Of a stretch of DNA of 59,935 nt, positions 1 to 8,000 are shown piece by piece (the stretch's first letter is position 1; every line of letters begins with the position of its first letter). Both the position numbers and the translations under genes were made by a program. Origin of the DNA: Candidatus Parcubacteria bacterium (GTDB taxonomy: Bacteria; Patescibacteriota; Minisyncoccia; Phycocordibacterales; UBA918); the NCBI GenBank assembly GCA_021731405.1, contig JAKFXN010000006.1, positions 1 through 59,935 on the forward strand, written 5' to 3'. The notes beneath the pieces are model-generated. The model did not search any database. It was not told where the DNA came from and saw only the letters and a list, made by a program, of their open reading frames with translations.

Positions 1-151
1 GCTTATAGCGGTTGTTCTCCATTACGACGTCAAAGGTCTTTGTCTTTGAGCCTGTTGTTATGCCTCCACCTTGAACAACGATGTATGACGCGCCGATCAA
101 GGCAATCGCTATAATGCTGGCTGCGATAGTGAGTTGATTATTTGCTTTCAT
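1..151 (-). CDS. Partial (runs off the left edge) membrane-anchored protein, probably cupredoxin-domain
   Basis: Not in ORF track. Manual translation from ATG 151: MKANNQLTIAASIIAIALIGASYIVVQGGGITTGSKTKTFDVVMENNRYK, an N-terminal TM helix then a cupredoxin-like first strand. Confidence 0.5.
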   Translation of the reverse strand, partial: MKANNQLTIAASIIAIALIGASYIVVQGGGITTGSKTKTFDVVMENNRYK

Positions 152-178
152 AGATGTGACCAGTGACTGTCTAACATT

Positions 179-775
179 TTAAGTTGGACAGATGAATGGA
201 TATTGTAATTTTTTACCAATAATAAGAATTGAATACGTTAATAGTCCGATACCGATAAGACTGAGTTCTTCGCCACGAAACGGTAATATCGTCAGTAGTC
301 CAGCTGCGCCAAATGAAGTCAGTACAGTCGAAAGAATAAAGGTACCGCACGCTGCACAGCCAATACCGAAAAGACCGCTAATTAGACCGCCCAGACTTGA
401 TGAACCTGCACTGACTGAACCTCTAATACTACGAACAGTGCTGATATAGAAACCAAGTAAGGCGAAGTTTATTCCGAACAGCACTGCGATAGTAATAGTG
501 GTGACCGCTGATAAACCACTGAAATTTGTCAGTATAGATCCGTATAAACTACCAACAAAAACTATCTTTTCTGAGATCGTAGCAGTGGGTTCACTTAAGA
601 CAGTCGAGATGAGTAGCCGATTTTGAATTAATACCGTAAAGCTAAAAACCAAAAAGGCTATGCTAACAGCACTAAAAGCTACCCATGGTCGTTGTAGTGA
701 TGTCCCGATGACATTTAAGACACGGGGGCTATTGGGGCTTTTTAGCAAGTTCGATAAGTTGCTTAATTGCTTCAT
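179..775 (-). CDS. Multi-pass membrane protein with GCAAC (CxxC) motif
   Basis: About 4 TM helices, LFGIGCAACGTF motif, C-terminal ICPT; directly downstream of DsbA. Start taken at MKQL (775); the ORF track starts at 811. Confidence 0.7.
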   Translation of the reverse strand: MKQLSNLSNLLKSPNSPRVLNVIGTSLQRPWVAFSAVSIAFLVFSFTVLIQNRLLISTVLSEPTATISEKIVFVGSLYGSILTNFSGLSAVTTITIAVLFGINFALLGFYISTVRSIRGSVSAGSSSLGGLISGLFGIGCAACGTFILSTVLTSFGAAGLLTILPFRGEELSLIGIGLLTYSILIIGKKLQYPFICPT

Positions 776-1502
776 ACGGTTGTGCTCCATTAATTGGGAA
801 CTTACGTCCATCTGCTGTCACCAAAATACTCCACGGTGTTCCGCTACCACCAGTGGCAACAGCATCCTCAACCTGTGATTTAATACGGTCGTCAAATTCA
901 CCGCTTGTGAAGCACTTCTGAAACTCTGCTTCATTGAGACCAAGATCGCGAATAATTTTTGGAATAACTGTTTCAATGTCAGTACGGTTGTTAGATTGTG
1001 TGACGGCAAAGTAACTATCACTAAATTTCCAAAAGGCTTCATTGCCTCCTAATTTTGCAGCACACTCAGAAGCAACTGCTACAGCTTGTGCTTTTACAGG
1101 GTGTAGTTGCTCAAGCGGAAATTGCCGAAACACCCACGCCACTTCACCCGATTCACCATACTCATCCATAACTTTCTGCATCGTCTGATGAATAACTTTA
1201 CAGAAGGGGCATTCAAAATCTGAATACTCGACGATTTTTATTGGTGCATCAGGGTTACCACGAATATGATCAGCACTCGTCACGGGCGAAATGGCGTCAA
1301 GGTTGCCCTTTGGTGCTGGTTGAGCACTTGGTGTGGGAATTGGTTGATTCCCAGCCATCGGCATGCTCGACTTTCCCGTACTCATATAGAGTGCGACTGA
1401 AATAAGTCCTCCAGCTATTACAATCGCTATTGGGATGGCTAGATTTTGAAGTTGATTAAATTTTGATGTATTTGCGGCTGATTGATTTAATTGTTCATCC
1501 AT
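729..1502 (-). CDS. DsbA/BdbD-like thioredoxin-fold oxidoreductase (copy 1)
   Basis: N-terminal TM anchor, IVEYSDFECPFC active site, cis-Pro GTP motif, INGAQP. Confidence 0.9.
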   Translation of the reverse strand: MDEQLNQSAANTSKFNQLQNLAIPIAIVIAGGLISVALYMSTGKSSMPMAGNQPIPTPSAQPAPKGNLDAISPVTSADHIRGNPDAPIKIVEYSDFECPFCKVIHQTMQKVMDEYGESGEVAWVFRQFPLEQLHPVKAQAVAVASECAAKLGGNEAFWKFSDSYFAVTQSNNRTDIETVIPKIIRDLGLNEAEFQKCFTSGEFDDRIKSQVEDAVATGGSGTPWSILVTADGRKFPINGAQPYEAIKQLIELAKKPQ

Positions 1503-1578
1503 GTGAATAGAAGTTAGAAAATAACGTCATAACAGTAAAAAGCAAAATGTAAAAACACCTGCTCAAATAAACGCGATG

Positions 1579-2022
1579 TTAGAACGTCTTAGGATGGAGG
1601 ATGCCTCGCGCGAAGGCTAAACGCAGTGGATTATATGTTAGCAATTCAGGATGCTCTCTGGTGTACTGACGGTAGCGGAGCGCAATGAGGGTAAAGCTGG
1701 GTTTTGGTAGGGGGAAGAAATCAGATAAAACAAAAGTGGCTGCCAAGCTGATGATAAGGAGTACAAAAATATCTTGGGAACTCTGTGGTATCCCAACAAA
1801 AGTACTCTTCCATAGCTCCATGTGGTCACTTCCACCAGTCTCGCAACAATTGCTGAGCGAAGCATCGTGAGAAGCATGAGTACTCATTGCACCCATATCC
1901 GCATGAGCTGGCATGACGTGAGCAAAGCTGACACAAAGAAAACCAACAATTAAAGAGGTTAAAATCACCTCACTAAAAAGTGTTTTGATTTTCCTCCTCA
2001 AAGGTTGGGTAACGGTCTTCAT
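1579..2022 (-). CDS. His/Met/Cys-rich membrane protein (DUF2946-like), probable head of a metal/thiol cluster
   Basis: HADMGAMSTHASH and NCCE between two hydrophobic segments; C-terminal GILHPK; -10 TAAAAT (2029-2034) 6 nt upstream of ATG. Confidence 0.6.
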   Translation of the reverse strand: MKTVTQPLRRKIKTLFSEVILTSLIVGFLCVSFAHVMPAHADMGAMSTHASHDASLSNCCETGGSDHMELWKSTFVGIPQSSQDIFVLLIISLAATFVLSDFFPLPKPSFTLIALRYRQYTREHPELLTYNPLRLAFARGILHPKTF

Positions 2023-2088
2023 AATTCAATTTTAACATACTCTAAGACTTGTAGTAATTAAGCCTTTTTATGATTCAAATCAAATCTA

Positions 2089-3417
2089 TTACACTTCACC
2101 CAATTCAATTTGCTTTTGTTTGAGACAGATTCCACCTTTAAAGCAGGAAATGATTTCTCTCTTTTCCTCAATCGAACCTTCTTTCAGTAAAAACTTTATA
2201 TATCTTTTAACATCAATATCACCTACCTCAAAGTTAAGGTCTTGTCCTAGTAGCGACGCTTCGAACTTCTTGTATCTAGTCACTTCAGCCACAATCTGCT
2301 TTTTCACAGACAGTTCGTTCACCTCTACCTTATCCACCAGAGCTTGAAGTTGTTTGATAAGTTCTGTTTCAGAAATATAACCGCACTTGCAGTTCTTATC
2401 CCTCGCCTTGGTACATCCATAGTAGACATGAGCATTAACTTTGCCATTTTTAAGCTTCTTATACTTCTCATCAGCACTAATACCAGAACCACATAAGCCA
2501 CAGGCCATCAATCTAGTAAACGCAAATTCTTTCTCTTGTCTGGTCTTCAGTTCATTTCCTTTAAGTTGAGATTGAACCATTTCAAACAACTCTTTCGAGA
2601 TAAGTGGTTCATGTTTGCCTTTGTACCAGTTACCAGAGTTTTTCGGATACTCAAACTCACCATGATAGAAATTATTTTCAAGAAGTTTATAAATATTACC
2701 CAGACTTAAGTGCTTCTTTCCACAAGCAGTTCGGAAATTTAAATCATGTCTCAGCCAGTGATACACCTTCCTACCACTCCACCTCTCGTATGCTACCTTC
2801 TCAAATACCTTCTTTATGGTTTCTCCTCGTTCTGGGTCTATATAACACTCACACTTTCTATCGTTACGGATTTCTTTGAGATACCCTGTTGGAGCTGGTG
2901 CAGGCCACAGGCCCATCTCAACTCTCGTTTTAAGTCCTCGCTTTACATTGATACTTTTATTGTCGTTCTCAAGTTTAGCTTGTGAACAAAGAATCATCAG
3001 AAGGAACTTTTCATTTGGAGAGTTTTTGAAGTGTTGTCCATGAGTGCGTATTTCCATCAAAAGTTTCTGGTCCATTAAATCGACGATACTCCCTAAGTCA
3101 CCAGCATTACGGGAAAGTCTATCGGGTGCCCAGGTGAGAATGCCATTAAATTTTCCTCGTCGTACGTCCTCAAGTATTTCTTTGTACACTGGTCGCTGTC
3201 CAGACTCTTTGGCGGAATGTGACTCTCGCCGTATTTCAGCCACATCTAATCCATCACGTTCAGCTAACTCTAGCATCTCCTTTACTTGGGAATCAATTGA
3301 AAGAACTTGGCGCTCTTCAGACTCGGTTGATTTGCGAGCATAGAGTACATACCTAATCTTTTCAGGCATGACTATTTGCTCGGTTTTTATGCGGGCTGAT
3401 GTATATGTTTCCATCAT
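2089..3417 (-). CDS. Large serine recombinase (resolvase + recombinase + Zn ribbon)
   Basis: YVLYARKSTE catalytic motif, DRLSRN, CGLCGSG...YYGC...C Zn ribbon. Start probably 3417 or 3369. Confidence 0.93.
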   Translation of the reverse strand: MMETYTSARIKTEQIVMPEKIRYVLYARKSTESEERQVLSIDSQVKEMLELAERDGLDVAEIRRESHSAKESGQRPVYKEILEDVRRGKFNGILTWAPDRLSRNAGDLGSIVDLMDQKLLMEIRTHGQHFKNSPNEKFLLMILCSQAKLENDNKSINVKRGLKTRVEMGLWPAPAPTGYLKEIRNDRKCECYIDPERGETIKKVFEKVAYERWSGRKVYHWLRHDLNFRTACGKKHLSLGNIYKLLENNFYHGEFEYPKNSGNWYKGKHEPLISKELFEMVQSQLKGNELKTRQEKEFAFTRLMACGLCGSGISADEKYKKLKNGKVNAHVYYGCTKARDKNCKCGYISETELIKQLQALVDKVEVNELSVKKQIVAEVTRYKKFEASLLGQDLNFEVGDIDVKRYIKFLLKEGSIEEKREIISCFKGGICLKQKQIELGEV

Positions 3418-3522
3418 TAATTGATGACAGAACCGCACGAGATGTATAGCTATGCAGACTAAAGAAAACGTCACATACTCGCTTATGCGCCTTAGCAGAA
3501 GCTTAATACAGCGTTAGGATAG

Positions 3523-3551
3523 GTGCCAAATAGCGATAAATACGCTATTAT
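3523..3551 (+). promoter_or_regulatory. Sigma70-like promoter with palindromic operator in the spacer
   Basis: GTGCCA (3523-28), 17 nt, TATTAT (3546-51); inverted repeat AATAGCG/CGCTATT at 3529-35 and 3543-49. Confidence 0.5.
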
Positions 3552-3557
3552 GTTCAT

Positions 3558-3752
3558 TACAAATCAGACCTAACCCGACAGCTTTTGCTGGCGGTATGGT
3601 CGCAAATACCGTCCAAAGTAAACAACTCCTAATCAGAGCTACTTTGGACGGTCATATCGGGAAACTGGTATGGGTATTGCCTCACGGGGCGTATCGGCCT
3701 GGTTAGGAGCTTTTTGCTACCTGACCGACCACTCTAAATCCGTCCAAAAAAT
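3558..3752 (+). ncRNA. Candidate structured leader/ncRNA with H-type pseudoknot
   Basis: 13-bp stem 3608-20/3640-52; its loop 3626-36 pairs with 3699-3709; GAAA-capped and G-U-rich hairpins lie in between. Confidence 0.55.
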
Positions 3753-4475
3753 ATGAATACACAAAACCCCTCCCCCGAGGAGGTCGCTTTACTTATAAGT
3801 AAGCGTCTTAAAAAGTTCTGGGGTTACGGTAACCTCAAAGGCTCAGTTTGGCTTATCGGTATGGAAGAAGGTATCGGAGCTGACGAAGACTTTCCCATTA
3901 CTCGCTTTGAATCAACAAGTGGTAAGGAAGTAGTAGACATCACCTACAATACTGCCGAAGACCATAATCGTTGGTTTAAAACTGGAGCCGCAACTCAACG
4001 CACGTGGCGACCATTAATTTTTATACTGCTTTATCAAAAGCTCGGTCGTGTCCCGACACTCGAAGAGATTCGTGACTACCAAATCAATCACTTTGGTCGA
4101 AGAAATTCAGACCACGCCATTTTAGAATTAATGCCCTTACCCGCACGTTCACTCAAAGCTTCCGATTGGATATACAGTGACGTACAACTTAAAGGACTTA
4201 AGAATCGCAAGGAATATCTGGCGACATATAAACCAGAGCGAGTAAAACTTCTGCAAGCACTTATAGAAAAACACCAACCGAAGTTGGTGCTATTCTATTC
4301 ACGAAGCTATCTCCCTGACTGGCAATCAATTGTTCCTAAAACACTTAAGGAAGTGATTCCTGAGAAACTGCATATCGCTAAGGTTGGTAATACTAACTAC
4401 GCTGTGACCGCTCATCCTGTCAGTCATGGACTATCGACCAAAGACTGGGAAATGATTGCTCGCAAAGTACTTTAG
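3753..4475 (+). CDS. Hypothetical protein, probable uracil-DNA-glycosylase-superfamily fold
   Basis: FWGYGNLKGSVWLIGMEEG (motif-A-like), LELMPLPA, C-terminal HPVSHG (motif-B-like); 240 aa. Confidence 0.5.
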   Translation: MNTQNPSPEEVALLISKRLKKFWGYGNLKGSVWLIGMEEGIGADEDFPITRFESTSGKEVVDITYNTAEDHNRWFKTGAATQRTWRPLIFILLYQKLGRVPTLEEIRDYQINHFGRRNSDHAILELMPLPARSLKASDWIYSDVQLKGLKNRKEYLATYKPERVKLLQALIEKHQPKLVLFYSRSYLPDWQSIVPKTLKEVIPEKLHIAKVGNTNYAVTAHPVSHGLSTKDWEMIARKVL

Positions 4476-4837
4476 TTGTCATCAAGATCATCGACATAAA
4501 CCATATCAATATTCGTAATGACTGCGGGCTGATTGGTTTTGAACGACATCTTCTCTCTTGGCTTGATATACGACTTTTTGTTGTTATTAAGCCAGTATTC
4601 AATCGCTCGCAGATTACCGTTGTTAATGTGAGCAATCAGCTTACTCTCAGCTAAGTCGCTAACTGAATTAACGCCGTGCTGCATTGCCTCTTCAACTGCC
4701 TGCTTGAACTCAGAATCATCCTTGAGCCACGTATAGAACGTATTACGCGCAATCCCGACTCTCTCACAGGCAATTGAAACATTTGGCACACTACGGAGCT
4801 GTTCGAGTATCGGTGCTTGTTTGCGGGATTTCTTCAT
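4472..4837 (-). CDS. Phage-type HTH protein (phBC6A51 / terminase-small-subunit-like)
   Basis: NVSIACERVGIARNTFYTWLKDDSEF...DLAESKL...GNLRAIEYWL. Confidence 0.7.
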   Translation of the reverse strand: MKKSRKQAPILEQLRSVPNVSIACERVGIARNTFYTWLKDDSEFKQAVEEAMQHGVNSVSDLAESKLIAHINNGNLRAIEYWLNNNKKSYIKPREKMSFKTNQPAVITNIDMVYVDDLDDN

Positions 4838-6095
4838 CTGGTTTGATGACGACTGCCTTTTGTCCTGTTAATGCTTCAAAGCGTTTGATAGTCAGGTCAC
4901 AAAACGCTGGTTCAAGTTCTACTGCAAACACTAGTCGCTTGAGTCCTTCAGCCGCTATAAGCGTACTGCCCGAACCAGAGAAGCTATCAAGAATGATTTG
5001 TCCTTGCTTAGTACAACGTCGAATCGCTTTCTCATACAGCTCAGGTGGTTTCATCGTACTGTGTTCGTACTCAGAGCCCGGGAGACGCTTTATGAGCCAT
5101 AAATCAAGATTGTTGAGCATTTCGTTACCCGTACCAGCTTCAAGATTCATCACTTCATTGAGCTTGGTATGTGGCTTTGTAAGAGCTGGCTTACCTTTGA
5201 CTCCATACACGCACGGTTCGTAGCATTTATTGAAAGCCACACCTGGGGTCGGATTGTGTCCGTTTTTAACCCACAGACAGACTCGCTTGTTTTGAATACC
5301 AAGCTCGTGATACAGCGTCTGAATTGCCCATATATACACTTGGTCGCACCAGTAAAAGACGTGAGTGTCTGGCTTGGTGAATGGTAGAGCGGCTACCATG
5401 CTGGCTCGAAGAAACGCAACGTACTCATTATCCGATTTACTGTCGTTCACAGTTCCGCCGTACGACTGTTTGCCACCAATACCTTTGTTGTAGTCAATGG
5501 AAATGTTATAGATTGGATCACTCATGATCATATCAGCTCGTTCATCACCACATAGGCGAGCAATCGTTTCTGGTTTAGTGGAGTCACCACAGATAAGGCG
5601 GTGTTCTCCGAGCAAGATGAGGTCACCCAGCTTCGTGACTGGCTTCTTATCTTTTTTCTTCGGTTCAACAAAATCAAAGGCTTCTTGTTTTGGCTTTCTA
5701 TCCCAAAGTCCATCAAGTGCTTTGTAGTCGAAGCCGACATCGAGGAGTAAAGTGAGTTCAATTGCTTCAAGCTTCTCGTAGTCAAACTCACCAGTGTTCT
5801 TATTTAAACGTAAATTGAGTTCCTTTTCTCGCTCAACGTCATTCATCGTAATGAAGATAACTGGCACCTCTTTGTACCCAAGTGACTTTGCGACTTCAAG
5901 GCGGAAGTGTCCTGCAATCAGAATACTTTCCCGCCCTTTGGCGTTATTACATATAAGCGGGTCAACCATACCGAATCGTTCGATACTGGTCTTGAGTTGT
6001 TCTGTCTGCTCCTTCGTGTGTTTGCGGGGGTTGTACTCATTGGGGTTAATGGTTTCAATGGGTACGTAGGTTACGGCAAGAGAATCGGGTTTCAT
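4791..6095 (-). CDS. ParB/Srx N-terminal domain fused to an N4/N6 DNA methyltransferase (beta class)
   Basis: YNPRKH...GMVDPL...AGHFRL ParB domain; SDPIY (motif IV variant); HSTMKP; ILDSFSGSGST SAM-binding motif. Confidence 0.9.
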   Translation of the reverse strand: MKPDSLAVTYVPIETINPNEYNPRKHTKEQTEQLKTSIERFGMVDPLICNNAKGRESILIAGHFRLEVAKSLGYKEVPVIFITMNDVEREKELNLRLNKNTGEFDYEKLEAIELTLLLDVGFDYKALDGLWDRKPKQEAFDFVEPKKKDKKPVTKLGDLILLGEHRLICGDSTKPETIARLCGDERADMIMSDPIYNISIDYNKGIGGKQSYGGTVNDSKSDNEYVAFLRASMVAALPFTKPDTHVFYWCDQVYIWAIQTLYHELGIQNKRVCLWVKNGHNPTPGVAFNKCYEPCVYGVKGKPALTKPHTKLNEVMNLEAGTGNEMLNNLDLWLIKRLPGSEYEHSTMKPPELYEKAIRRCTKQGQIILDSFSGSGSTLIAAEGLKRLVFAVELEPAFCDLTIKRFEALTGQKAVVIKPDEEIPQTSTDTRTAP

Positions 6096-6220
6096 AAAAT
6101 TTAATTAGTTTGATTAATTGAGCGATGGCCATCGCGGCGCGCGGGGATATAGAAAAACCCACACTTACGTGTGAGTGTATTCAAAATAACGAATGCTTAT
6201 GCGTCGTCTAAAAGACCTCT

Positions 6221-7057
6221 TTAGCCTTCCACTTTTCCACCTAACCGTTCCGCTGTTCGTTCAACAATTTTACGAATCAAAGATAACTCCAGCCAGTCAT
6301 ATTTCTCATGTAACTTACCCATGATGACCTTATCGTATGGGTCTTTATTATTTCGCTTTCCGTCTTGATGAAGTTGTTTGTATAAATTATAGATTTCAAG
6401 GTCACGCTCAAACTCAACCCACGGCTTACTCTTGCCTTGATAGTCTGGTAGATACTTCTGGTCTTGAGCAATGAAATCCCAACTAGCCATAATGTCTTCT
6501 TTCTTGGTGAAACCTTTAAGTTTGATGAGAAGCTCAAGTTCATTGGTCTTGTGGTGTCGTGCCAAACGAACACTAAAGTTACTCTGCGGTAATTCTTGTC
6601 GTCCACGGAATACGTAGAATTCAAGGAAGTACTTGAACTGCTGGTCTTTATGGTCAAGTTTGTAGTGTTCAAGAATCTCACGAAACACTCCGCCATACAT
6701 TGGTGGCAAATAGCCATCTCGTAAATCTTCTAAAGCCATGAACTCGTCATACGTAAGCTTCTCCTTACCTCCACTGATAGCTAACTGTTTTGCTTTATAC
6801 TCTTCACCTTGATTCATCTCTGAATAGCGGTTCCAGTATGTTTCTCGCCACGCTTCGTATTCGTCATTAGTAGCAAAGCCCTCAATCGGCACAGGACAGC
6901 TCACTTCTTCAAACCGCTTACGTAGCCAATTGATACGCTCAATAAACCATGAGTCTCGAATCATGGCTTGGATTTGATAGTACGGTTGGTTATAAACCGT
7001 ACGTTGTTTTTTAGGGAGTTTTTGAGTCACTCCCTCTAGTGTATGTGAAATAACCAT
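6221..7057 (-). CDS. Hypothetical protein, possible C-terminal HTH
   Basis: 278-aa open frame co-oriented with the ParB-MTase; ends ...RDLEIYNLY...SLIRKIVER. Start uncertain (possibly 6964). Confidence 0.55.
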   Translation of the reverse strand: MVISHTLEGVTQKLPKKQRTVYNQPYYQIQAMIRDSWFIERINWLRKRFEEVSCPVPIEGFATNDEYEAWRETYWNRYSEMNQGEEYKAKQLAISGGKEKLTYDEFMALEDLRDGYLPPMYGGVFREILEHYKLDHKDQQFKYFLEFYVFRGRQELPQSNFSVRLARHHKTNELELLIKLKGFTKKEDIMASWDFIAQDQKYLPDYQGKSKPWVEFERDLEIYNLYKQLHQDGKRNNKDPYDKVIMGKLHEKYDWLELSLIRKIVERTAERLGGKVEG

Positions 7058-7128
7058 GCCTGCAATGGCAGATATATAGCGATATGTAACGAGCTTTCAT
7101 TTCCCAACCACTCCGATACAATTACCTC

Positions 7129-7908
7129 ATGTTAGGAGCAATTATTGGCGATATAGCGGGATCTACTCGTGAATTTGAACAAGACAAGTCTTTTCCGACT
7201 GAGCTATTTCCTGTCGGAAGCCATATCACTGACGATACCATCCTAACCCTTGCTACTGCCGAAGCCTTACTCCGTCGAAACGAAAGCATTACCTACGGTG
7301 ACATGTATTACCAATATGCTAATCGCTATCAAGGGAGCCAATACAGTTACGGTGATAGATTCCTGACTTGGGTAAAGCAATCACGACCAAACAGCCTTGC
7401 TCCCGCTTATAACAGTCTTGGTAATGGTTCAGCTATGCGTGTTGCTCCGATTGGTTGGTTCTTCAGGACTCTAGAAGAGACTCGTGCGGAAGCTAGGCTA
7501 TCCGCTATACCGACCCACAATCACCCTGAGGGAATAAAAGGTGCTGAAGCAGTAGCGAGTGCCATCTTTCTTGCTCGTACTGGTAGCACCAAAGACGAGA
7601 TTAAAGAATACTTAGAAACTGAGTTCGGCTATCGTCTCAGTCGCTACTACGAAGATGTACGTGATGATGCGTATTTTCTTGAAACTTGTCCTGAGAGTGT
7701 AGAAGAAGCGATTATTGCTTTCTTATCTTCTAAGTCATTTGAAGACGCTATCTACAAAGCAATTGCTTTGGGCGGTGATGCTGACACACAGGCGAGTATC
7801 GCAGGTGCGATAGCTGAAGCGTTTTACTTACCCCAACATACACTAGAGAACGTCAGAACTCATCTCACACCTGAACAAGTGCCGATAATAGAAGCGATTT
7901 TAATTTGA
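7129..7908 (+). CDS. ADP-ribosylglycohydrolase (ARH/DraG family)
   Basis: GAIIGDIAG, TDDT, SLGNGSAMR and GGDADT metal-binding motifs. Confidence 0.92.
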   Translation: MLGAIIGDIAGSTREFEQDKSFPTELFPVGSHITDDTILTLATAEALLRRNESITYGDMYYQYANRYQGSQYSYGDRFLTWVKQSRPNSLAPAYNSLGNGSAMRVAPIGWFFRTLEETRAEARLSAIPTHNHPEGIKGAEAVASAIFLARTGSTKDEIKEYLETEFGYRLSRYYEDVRDDAYFLETCPESVEEAIIAFLSSKSFEDAIYKAIALGGDADTQASIAGAIAEAFYLPQHTLENVRTHLTPEQVPIIEAILI

Positions 7909-8000
7909 AATTAGTCCATGATTGGATTGCTGCAATTAAAAATCAATGTCTTCATAACCGTTGTATTTATTTACCGTGAGAGTATACTCGATTATGAAAT

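Noticed and set aside
3600-3710. HDV-like (theta) ribozyme
   Set aside because: The pseudoknot lacks the nested P3/L3 and P1.1 elements; only 3 nt separate the second-stem 5' strand from the first-stem 3' strand.
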